Assembly (NCBI GenBank): GCA_038087875.1
Contig: JAXLNO010000546.1
Span: forward strand, 124,001-188,000
DNA: 64,000 nucleotides
Reading direction: 5' to 3'
Origin: Malacoraja senta
Lineage: Eukaryota
Part shown: positions 46,540-57,299 of the stretch, piece by piece
Layout of the letters: the number at the start of each line of letters is the position of its first letter
How positions within the stretch are numbered: position 1 is the stretch's first letter
The notes under the pieces: model-generated
Database searches by the model: none
What the model was told of the DNA's origin: nothing
Seen by the model: the letters and a program-made list of their open reading frames with translations, nothing else
Position numbers and translations under genes: made by a program

Positions 46540-48415
46540 ATAGGGGGAAGGTTAAAATTCTTCCTTAAAGAATGGCAGTTAATAACAAATGATGCATTTA
46601 TTCTAAACACCATTGTAGAATTCAAAATTGAGTTCTATTCACACTTGGATCCTCCAAGGCAGAAAAATTCAAGCTGGTCACGGATTTTCTCAAAAGAAGA
46701 GAATACGTTGATCAAAGGAAAATTAGAAATTTTGACCAATAAAGGGGTAATAGAAAAGTCAGTGGAACAACACCATCAATTTGTATCAAATATTTTTCGT
46801 AGAACAAAAAAGGATGGTGGATGTAGAATCATTTTGGATCTGACAAATCTTAACCTTTATGTACAATACAAACATTTCAAAATGGAAACATTTACTAATG
46901 CCATTGAGCTGATTATTAAAAATTATTACATGGCAAGCATAGATTGGAAAGATGCATATTACTCTGTGGCAATGCATGGTGATGATCAAAGGTATTTGAA
47001 ATTTAGATGGATGAGTCAGTTGTAGCAATTTAAAGCATTGCCCAATGGTCTGTCTTCAGCACCAAGATTATTCACTAAATTACTCAAACCAATTTTAGCT
47101 CTTCTAAGAGCTGAGGGCCATGTACTAATGGCTTATTTGGACGATATTTTGATTGTAGGGGACACTTTGGCTGCTGCAAAATTATCAGTATCCAGGGTTA
47201 AGTTCATTTTTGAGAAAATGGGTTTCATTATTCACCTACAAAAATCAAAATTGTTACCAAGCAAGAAGATTGATTACCTAGGGTTCACAATCAACTCAGA
47301 ACACATGGTAATCACTTTGCCAAAAGAGAAAAGGCTGCAGTTAATTGAAGGTTGCATCAAACTCATAAATGAGGACACACCTTCAATTAGGGAAGTGGCA
47401 AGCTTGCTGGGCAAATTAATTGCTGCGTTTCCAGCTGTAACATTTGGACCATTGCATTATCAATGTTTACAGAGGGCTAAGGTACAAGCCTTAAAAATAA
47501 ATACAGGGCATTTTGACCGGCCCATGAAATTAACACCTGAATCCATTACTGAAATAGAATGGTGGATTAACAAAGTCTCAGATGCTTCAAGAAAGATTCT
47601 GGTAGAAATACCATCCGTCACTCTACAGAATGATGCGTGCTCTTGGTTGAGGTGCTACTAACATGATTTCCAGCTGTGGAGGTAGCTGGAATGTGAATTA
47701 AATACCTTTGCTGGAAAAACAGGGAATCAATTACCTAGAGCTATTAGGAGCATTTCATGGTCTTAAAGCTTATTGTACTAATATGAGAAGTGTGCATGTT
47801 CAGGTACGGGTTTGCAATACTACAGCTGTAGCATACATAAATCACATGGGGGGTGTCAAATCAGAATCATGTGATAGATTGGCAAATGAAGTTTAGACCT
47901 GGTGTATTGCAAGGAAAATGTGGCTGTTAGCAAAATATTTACCAGGAAAATTTAACACAATTGCGGACAAAAGATCACGTACATTTAATGATAATACAGA
48001 ATGGATGTTAAATCGGGAAATATTTACACAAATTATAACACAATTTGGAATGCCAGAGATTGATTTATTTGCATCAACACTAAACCACCAATTCCCTAAG
48101 TATGTGTCATGGGAACCTGATCCTGGTGCAGTAGCGGTAGATGCTTTCTCGCTACATTGGGGTGGTATGTTTCTGTATGCTTTTCCACCATTTTGTTTAA
48201 TCCACAAATGCATACAGAAAATTAAACAAGATTGAGCCTCAGGGATTTTGGTAGTACCAGATTGGCCTACACAGGTATGGTACCCATTGGTGTTAAAAAT
48301 GATTTAAAAAACCCTTATGGTTATTCCAAAGCAGATTAAACTGCTTGTAAACCCTGTGACTAATGAGTCACATCCTTTACATAATCGTATTGGTTTGTTG
48401 ATTTGCAGATTCTAA
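46540..48415 (+). pseudogene. DIRS pol: RT, RNase H and Dam-like methyltransferase domain, with stops and a frameshift
   Basis: GGRL..F...W, KKDGG.R.ILDL..LN, HFKMET, D.KDAY, LPNGLSSAPR.FTK, YLDD (47134-45), INYLEL, NTTAVAYINHMGG, IDLFAS, YAFPPF; stops at 47023, ~47894 and 48233. Confidence 0.92.
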
Positions 48416-49393
48416 GAAGGCCATATCTTGGAAAAGGATTATCAGACCGTACGGTGGATGTTATGACAGCCTGGAGGAATAGTACCCAGAAGCAGTACAT
48501 TTCCTATATAAAGAAATGAGAGGGGTTTTGTTCAGCAAAGAATATTGCATATAACACAGTAGAAATTTCAGATGTAATAGAGTTTCTTTCAACTCTACAC
48601 TATGAATTGAAATTAAGTTATAGTGCAATTAATACTGCACGGTGCACTCTCTGCATATTTAAGCAGTGAATCAGAACAAACTCCAATTGGAGCACATCCT
48701 TGGGTCTGTAGGTTTATGAAAGGAATTTTCAACTCTAATCCTCCCAGACCCAGGTATACAGAAATTTGGAATGTAAAAGATGTACTGATGTTCCTAAGGA
48801 GTTGGAATCCAGTTGAAACCCTGTCATTATCCAAAATTACCATGAAATTGGTTATGCTCATGGCATTAATTTCAGCGCAGAGAATTCAAACATTACAGAA
48901 ACTCAGAATTGATAGAATGAAAGTAGGGCAAAATGCCGTGACATTCTATGTCTATTATTTACTGAAGCAAAGTAGACCTGGGTCCACAGGATGCAAGGTG
49001 GAATTTTTAGCAAATCCTACAGATTCACGACTGTGTGTAGTAACATATGTGAAATGTTACATAGCAACAACAAAAATTTTAAGAGGCGCCGAATTGGCAT
49101 TTTTTATTAGTCATAAAAAGCCTCATAAGAAAGTATCAACACAAACAATTTCACGATGGTTGAAACCGGTTTTGAGATATTCAGGTATTGATACTGATAA
49201 ATTTAAATCTCATTCCACCAGGGCGCCATGAACATCAGCGGCCAGGGATTCAGACGTGCCAATAGACCTTATTCTCGCGGCCGCAGGATGGGCAAGTGAA
49301 CAGATGTTTCACAAGTATTACCACAAGGAGATTAAAGATCTCAGAGGGTTTGGTGATGCCGTGCTGGATACAGTATTAAATCCCCCATTATAA
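48409..49393 (+). pseudogene. DIRS tyrosine recombinase (disrupted)
   Basis: GLS...WR.ST.KQY N-terminus; catalytic SAQR, HSTR, AAGW, FHKYY; stops at ~48518 and 49229 and a frameshift near 48620. Confidence 0.92.
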
Positions 49394-51152
49394 ATGGGCC
49401 TAATTTTGTTACTTTTATTAAAATAAATAAAACCATTAACTGATTACATTCAAATGTTGTGGTTATGCATTGTTGATTGTGCTTACTCAAATAGAGTCAA
49501 TCGATGCAGTGAACACCTGGATTTGAATCCACGGTGTGAAATCACAGAGCTTTGAAATCTTCACGTGGTCACTCACGTGACTCCGAAGTAAAATAGTAAG
49601 ATTAAACGAGAACTTACCAAGTTTGAAGTTTGATCTTTATTTTATGAGGAGTAACGTTGAGGGATTACGTGCCCTCCGCTCCCACCCTCATAAAAAGATC
49701 AAGCTGGTAGTTCTAAGTCTTTATGCATCTTACTATCATACTTCAGTAATTATCGTCTGTGATTGTCACTCCGCTGCTTTGAAAGATTGACGCGTGTGCG
49801 GCTGGACGGGGCTTCTTCACGTAATCCCTCAACGTTACTCCTCGTAAAATAAAGATCAAACTTCAAACTTGGTAAGTTCTCGTTAAATCTTACTATTCCC
49901 CTTGATAAGATGGAACGGGTCCTAGTGGCCTTACAAGACACAAATGTTTGTGGCTTCTAAACATGTAAAACTGCACAATACTAGGGTTCCAACCACAGAA
50001 TTGGGCCAGATTTGTCTTTCCAGGCAAGCTCAGAATATGTCCAGAATTGTGTTTCGAGGCAGGCTCAGTATTATGGCCAGGATTGGCTTTCGGGGCAGGC
50101 TCGGAGATCGGGCCAGAGTTGTTGCTCGAGCAGGTATGGAATTCGCAGGCGTGGCCTGTTCATTGTGAAAAAGATGCAGAATGTCGTTTAACTCGCATTT
50201 GCAGTATAATTTTTTTCGAATAGGTAACTTCGCATCTGATTTCCTTAGGATGCTCCCATTTACAGAGATCACCGGAGACATTTTGAAATTTATCTGGATA
50301 AGGCAATGATAAAACATTGCAAAATGGGTTAATTTCATTTCCCAGGTTATTTACCAGATTACTGAAACCGACGTTTGGACTGCTCAATGCTCAAAAACAT
50401 TTGTTATGTCTTTGCTGGAGGATATTCTAACGGTGTATGTTGTTAAAATCAACTGTTTCAGCCTCAAACTATATTTAAGAAAATGAAGGTGATACAAATT
50501 AGACTTGTTCATCATTGGGATTTACCTTTAGCCTGTGACTCCGCCCTGGGGTAAGAGATTGGAATAATAGGAGCCTCGAACAATCTTGTTGTGGTAAAAC
50601 AGCCTTCTTTTCATTAAGTATAATTGGCAATATAGTGGCTGTGATTCAGCTGTGCAAGTGGGGGAACATACATCGTGCAAAGTAGTAATATCTCAAATGC
50701 TATGTAGGTCTTGTGACAAACCTTATGCTATTACCATCTGAAGCTACCAAGGTCATTATGGTGGACGAACAGTATTCAGCATTGCCCCAGTAATCTGGTC
50801 AGTGAAATTTCAGTTATATTATAAACTGATGGGGTTCTAAGATGGAAAATTATGAATGCCATCTAGTTCAGAGGCGGAGGAGATTTGCATCAGTTAACAA
50901 TTATTCAGTTATTGGTATGAACTACATATAGACACTAGATGCATTCTATAGGTTAAAGGGTTATTGAGTGAATATGCATAATCTGCATTCTCAACGTTCT
51001 TTGTGTGTCTTGTGTGGGGGGCGGGGGGATAGGGGGAAACCGTTTCGGTCGCCTCCTCCACGGAGAGGCGACTTTTTCCAGGTTGCCTCCCCCATGGCCT
51101 AACAACAAGGATCGGTGCGGCCTTTCCTGGAGACTCGCCCGGGGCTTCAGCG

Positions 51153-54100
51153 GCCCCGCCAGTCCGCATGCGTCTTTACGTCGCTCGCATGGCGATGTAC
51201 CGGACTGGCAGGCACGTCGCTCCTGCCAGCGGTAAGTTTAAACCTACAGGGAAGTTTTATTTCTTACCAGGTTGTGTTTCTGGCAGGAACCTCTTCTTAC
51301 AGAGGTTTCCTTCTGGATGCTGTAGCGGAGTCCGGACCAGCCGCGGGGAATCCGGCTTTGGGTTGTGAGGAGACTCCGGTCCAGACCGCGGAACGCTGGT
51401 AGCCGGCGGACGTCGGGTTCGTTACTTCAGCCGCTGACAAGGCGGTCAGCGGCTTCCAGGTCGCTGTGGTTCCCGTGGAGGGGTAAACAGTGGATGGGAG
51501 GAAAAGCCATTAAAAAGTGAGGCCCGTGGACTCCGATGACTCCGGCCAGGAGGACCCCCCTCCCACGAGAAGCGACGTCTGAGGAAGTCTGGCAAAGATG
51601 GAGCACCTGATGGAAAGGATGCTCCATCATGACATGCTCCAGGAGGAGCTTTATATCCGTGGATCACCCCATGGGCCCGTGGCAGCAGCTTCTGTTCAAG
51701 GGCTGCATAGGGAAGATCTGCTCCATGAAGAGGAGCCTTATATCCACGGGTCTTCTTGGGCCCTATGGCAGCAGCACCTGTAGAAGGGCTGCATAATGTC
51801 TCCCTCGTGGAGGAGGTGAGCTTACCAGGGCAGTTTTATTCTGACCCTGAGGTTGGAGGTATTGCAGAGCATACCCCAAGGCATGAAAGCCAAGAACCAG
51901 GGATGACAGGCATGACATCGAAATGCGCCATACAAACTGGGACTGATGAGCCAATACAAAGAATATCAGGGCTGCCTGGAAAGAGCTCCTGATGGAGAGG
52001 ATGCTCCAGCACGATATGCTCCAGCAAGAGTAGCTTTATATCCGGGTGTCACCTCGGGGGCCCGTGGCAGCAGCACCTGTTGAAAGGCTGTCTGGAAAGA
52101 GCTCCTGAAGGAGAGGATGCTCCATCACGATATGCTCCAGCAAGATGAGCTTTATATCCGGTGGTCTCCTCGGGTACCTCTGGCAGCAGCACCTATAGAA
52201 GGGCTGCATGATGTCTCCCTCTTGGAGGAAGTGAGCACACGGAGTCAGTTTTGTTCTGACTCCGAGATCAGAGGTGTAGCTGGTGAGCATACTCCGAGGC
52301 AGGGGCCTGCGGCAGCACCTGTTCAGGGCTGTCTACGAATCTCCCTCTCTGTGGAGGGACGTGCGAGTAGTCAGTGGGTAACTGACTTCAAATCCTAAAG
52401 TAAGTCTGTGGAACGTACTGGAACACATGCGTATGGATTCAAGGGAGTCTTCGCAAACGATGATGGCAGAATACCCGTAAGGTGCTAGAGTTCTCCTCAT
52501 GCTATAAGTGCCGGGGATGAACAACGCTATCAGGGGTGACTTTACAGACCAGCCGCCGAATCTTCCCTTCAGGTAAGACCTATTCAACAGGTAAAACCTG
52601 GATAAGGAAGCAAAGCTGTCAGACCAATCGAGGTACCAACGACGAGCAAAGCTTCATCGTTGCGGCAACAACAACACCCCACGCCTCCATTGGAAGGAAG
52701 CAGTTCACTGAAGTTGGTGGCAGCATGAAAGCTGGACAGAGGTCTTCAAATCCGAGACCCAAGTCGCGCTCAGGGAAAATATGGGACCATCTACAAGTTG
52801 GTAATATGTACACTTGTTTTTATACAAATGATAATGATAACATGTGTTACTTTATGTGTTGTATGAAAGTAGAATTCCCCTTGATAAGGATGGAAAGGGT
52901 CCTAGTGACCTTACAAGACACAAATGGTTGTGGCATCATACCATGTAAAACTACACAATACTAGGATTCCAAGCACAGAATTGGGCCAGATTTATCTTTC
53001 CAGGCAAGCTCAGAATTATGTCCAGAATTGTCTTTCGAGGCAGGCTCAGTATTATGGCCAGCATTGGCTTTCGGGCCACGCTCGGAAATTGGGCCAGAGT
53101 TGTTGCTCGAGCAGGTACGGAATTCGCAGGCGTGGCCTGTCCATTGTGAAAAAGATGCAGAATGTCGTTTAACTCGCATGTTCAGTATAAATGTTTCCGA
53201 ATAGGAAACGTTGCATCTGATTTCCTTAGGATGCTCCCATTTACAGAGATCACCGGAGACATTTTGAAATTTATCTGGATAAGGCAATGATAAAACATTG
53301 CAAAATAGGTTAACTTCAGTCCCCAGATTATTTACCAGATTACTAAAACCGATGCTTGGACTGCTCAGAGCTCAAAAACATTTGTTATGTCTTGGCAGGA
53401 GGATATTCTAACGCTGTATGTTGTTAAAATCAACTGTTTCAGCCTCAAACTATGTTTAAGGAAATGAAGGTGATACAAACTAGACTTGTTCATCATTGGG
53501 ATTTACCTTTAGCCTGTGACTTCGCCCTGAGATAAGAGATTGGAATTAATAGGAGCCTCGAACAATCTTGTTGTGATAAAACAGCCTTCTATTCATTAAG
53601 TATAATTGGCAATATAGTGGCTGTGATTCAGCTGTGCAAGTGGGGGAAATTATATCGTGCAAAGTAGTAATCTCTCAAATGCCACGTAGGTCTTGTGACA
53701 GACATTATGCTATTACCAGCTGAAGCTACCAAGGTCATTATGGTGGACGAACAGTATTCAGCATTGCCCCAGTAATCTGGTCAGTGAAATTTCAGTTATA
53801 TTATAAACTGATGGGGCTCTTAGGTGGAAAATTATGAATGCCATCTAGTTCAGAGGCGGAGGAGATTTGCATCAGTTAACAATTATTCAGTTATTGGTAT
53901 GAACTACCTATAGACACTAGGTGCATTCTATAGGTTAAAGGGTTATTGAGTGAATGTGCATAATCTGCATTCTCAACGTTCTTTGTGTGTCCTAATAATA
54001 ATAATAATAAATTTTATTTATGGGCGCCTTTCAAAAATCTCAAGGACACCTTACAAAGTTTAACAAATAGTAGAAACATGTAAGCGGAATGAAATAAATA

Positions 54101-54608
54101 GTAAAGACATCACGAGTACACAAATTAAAGAGAGAATTCAATCCAAAAACAAAAATCTAAAACACAATATGGAAGAGAGAACAGCGGCTGCTAAAGCGCG
54201 CCAGCGTCCACTCTCCCTTCCGGCAGCCATCTTGGACATAAAATAAAATATCATTAACACACAAAAATCATCCCCCCACAATGATTACCATTGTGGGGGA
54301 AGGCACAATGTCCAGTCCCCAACCACAGTTCACCCAAAGTCAGGCCTATTGAGGCCTCCATAGTTGCCTCTACGGAGGCCCGATGTTCCTGGCCGTTCTC
54401 ACCGGGTGTTGTTGCCCCGGCGTCGGGAGAGTCCTCGCAGCAGCTGGGCCACCTGGAACGGCCGATCTCCTTGTGTGGGAGGTAAGGGGGAAACCGTTTC
54501 GGACGCCTCCTCCACGGAGAGGAGACTTTTTCCAGGTCGCCTCCCCCGTGCCCTAACAACAAGGTTCGGTGCGGCCTTTCCCGGAGACGCGCCCGGGGCT
54601 TCAGCGGC
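51153..54608 (+). repeat. Second copy of a ~3-kb tandem duplication inside DIRS-B
   Basis: Matches 38659-38952 + 42473-42924 + 43757-44771 + 49898-51154 once insertions are removed. Confidence 0.9.
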
Positions 54609-55283
54609 GGGCGCAGCACGGACTCTCGGCGTGGAGCGGGCGAGCCCTAGCTGGGGCTCGCCGGAGGGGAGCGTTCCGTTCGCTGGTCCGCGGCAGCCGG
54701 CAGCCTGAAGCCGCGGTATGCAGAGGTCCAGCTGGCGCGGCATCCGCAGCCCGGGATACCTCGTGGGGGACCCGCGGGAAGCAGAAGCTTCCACTCCGAC
54801 TGCCGGCCCGCGGCCAACTTCTACCGCGGGCGCAGCGTGAACTTACAATCGGGAGCGGGGTCCCCCGCTGTCGATCCCTGAAGGGGAGCTTCGACTTCGA
54901 CCGCAGGCCCTGCGGTCTGCGGTGCTTCTGGCTGCGGCACGAACTTTAAATCAACGGCCGCCGGCCTGCGGCCGACACCATCCTGAAGATGCGGTCTCCG
55001 GTGGGGGAGAACCCGATTCAGGTCTTACCTTGAATTTCATTCATCTGGACGCCCGCAGCGGCGACTGCGGAGAGTTGAGGTCCCGACCACGGGGGAAAAT
55101 GGAGGAGGACTGGCCAAATTGTGTGCCTTCCACCACAGTGATGAATGCTGTGGTGGATGTTTGTGTTAAATTTTATTGTGTTTTAGTGTATTCTTTCTCA
55201 TTGTACCGCTGCTGCCAAATTCATTTCACTTGCACTTTATGTGCAATGTGACGAATAAAACCGTATTGTATTGTATTGTATTG
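53972..55283 (+). mobile_element. GC-rich non-autonomous retroposon with Rex1-like tail (truncated copy at ~50991-51154)
   Basis: Ends atttcacttgcac...gtgcaatgtgacgaataaaa(gtatt)n; interrupts the DIRS-B RNaseH; 5' boundary approximate. Confidence 0.6.
53994..54467 (-). mobile_element. Non-autonomous retroposon fragment with L2-type tail
   Basis: Minus strand ends tgtaaggtgtccttgag...gaaaggcgcccataaataaaat(tta)n; absent from the paralogous site at ~51008; possible TSD TCCT. Confidence 0.7.
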
Positions 55284-57299
55284 TTAAGTTGATACACTAT
55301 GGTGGTGGCGTATGTAAGTCACATGGGAGAAATCAAGACAGAATATCCTGTAATAATTTACCTAATCTCAATTTACGTTGGAATATCATCACGTATAATC
55401 AATGACAAGGCAAAATGGGTGTTGGATCAAAGCATTTAATGAAATTATGGCTCAAGGGAACACCGAATCGATATGTTTGTTTCCAGACACATTTACCGGT
55501 TGCAAAAATATGTGGCATAACAGTGGCAAAAGATATATTCTCGCTACAAGGAGAAAAAAGTTATGTTTGTCCCCCTTCATTTTGCCTCATTAATCGGGTC
55601 TTGCAATAAAGTCAGCAAGATCCCGCTCTAGGTTGTCGTTCTTTCCGACTGGCCTATGCAGCCATGCTTCGTCGGGAATAATAATACAACCTTTTACGGT
55701 TATTCTAAACATAAAACTTGCTGTTTCAGCCTGTGGCTCGGGAAACCAGCCTCTGCATGATAAAATCAATTTATTGACATAGATTCTGAGTAGACCGCTC
55801 TTGCGGCTCGGATTGTCAGACCGATCCATGTATGTGCTCGCTGCAGAGTGCAGGGATAGCACCAAGAAAGGTAAGCATTACATTTCCTCTTCAGGAGATG
55901 GGAAGCGTTTGTTTAAATACTTAAATTACATCTAATACGGTACAGATAACTGGCGTCTTGGAGTTCGTTTCAAATGTGTCTTTGACAATAAATTATGTTA
56001 TAGGACCATTAACTGTGCCCAACGTGCCTTCCCATCATATTTGCTGCAGCAAAAGGGACCCACTCTGTCGGGTTTCACCCCCTGATACCGAGTTATAAAG
56101 GATATCTTTCACACAAGTTCTCCAAGGACAAGCACAGGGCAGTATGGGATATTGATGTGGTATTAACACTATTTCACCATGGGTCTCCAGCTACACCCTT
56201 AGCTTTGGCTCGGCTCTCATACGGTAGTTATCCTCATGGCACAGGTCTCAGCGCAACGGGTTCAGTCACTACATATTGTGACTGGACAGGATGGTTACAT
56301 TTGCAAATAATATTATATTTTAATGCTTATTTAAGCAGAGCAGACGTGAAGTCTCAAACTAGTTTCATGGCATACCTCATGAACCTTCGGTTGTGTATGG
56401 TCACACATATACAACAATACGTCAAGGTCACGAAGACCCTTAGAGGCTCTGAACTAACAATGGTTGTTAATTACAAAAAATGGTATAAAAAGGTATTGGT
56501 TAGGACCATCTCCAAATGGTTGAAACGGGGTTTGGCTCATACAGGAGTAGATACTGATATTTTACGAGTCTCACTCCACCAGGGCTGCTACGACATCAGC
56601 AGCAGTGATTATGTACGTTCCGCTGGATCACATCCTGGCGACTGCAGGATGGGCGAACGAACTTCTGAACATTTCATAATAACCTATTGCCAGACCAGGG
56701 GTGTTTGTCAACTCTATTTTATGTTCAGTGGTTAGTTTACTCCCGGATGAGAGGAGTTACTATTATTTATTCATTATGAATGCTTCCCTTATCTGTCAAT
56801 GAAGCAGTTGTGGTTGTGTAGACTCGTTGCTCACGGCATGAAATCTCAGAGCTTTGAAATCTTCACGGAATCACTCACGTGACTCCGAAGTAAAATAGTA
56901 AGATTAAACGAGAACTTACCAGTTTGAAGTTTGATCTTAAATTTATGAGGAGATTATATGCCCGCCGCTCCCTGCCCTCTCTCATAAAGGTCACTCGGTA
57001 CTTCTAGCCTTCTCTAAGTCTTACTATGTTACTTCGACTGATGTTATCTGTGAGTTCACACCGCTGCTTTGAAGATTTTAAACGCATGCGGACTGGCGGG
57101 GCTTCTTCTTCACGTAATCGCTCACCGTAACTCCTCATAAAATAAAGATCAAACTTCAAACTGGTAAGTTCTCGTTTAAACTTACTATTCTTTATCGATC
57201 CGTATGGCAGACAAGCAGTTGGATAAAAGTAGTGAGGATGCTTGGTCTCACTAGTCAGCATGAAGCTGTATATTTTTATTTATTTTAATCCCTGCAGCT

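Larger units (their letters stand above)
44772..49897 (+). mobile_element. Structurally complete DIRS1-like tyrosine-recombinase retrotransposon (DIRS-A)
   Basis: Left ITR 44772-44831; ICR ~49560-49671 complementary to both outer ends; right ITR plus extension ~49789-49897; gag, RT, RNaseH, MT-like and YR in order. Confidence 0.95.
38621..57189 (+). mobile_element. Old degenerate DIRS retrotransposon (DIRS-B), internally duplicated and carrying multiple nested insertions
   Basis: Left terminus ttacttcggagtcac at 38621; ICR ~56862-56955; right ITR/extension 57081-57189; decayed RT (50200-50900 and 53200-53900), RNaseH/MT (55284-55780) and YR (RTISKWLKR..., 55800-56730); flanked by ATT at 38618-20 and 57187-89. 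Confidence 0.85.

Noticed and set aside
55139..55144. TGATGA as a snoRNA C box or SECIS core
   Set aside because: Not conserved in the two related hairpins and no D box or SECIS geometry seen.
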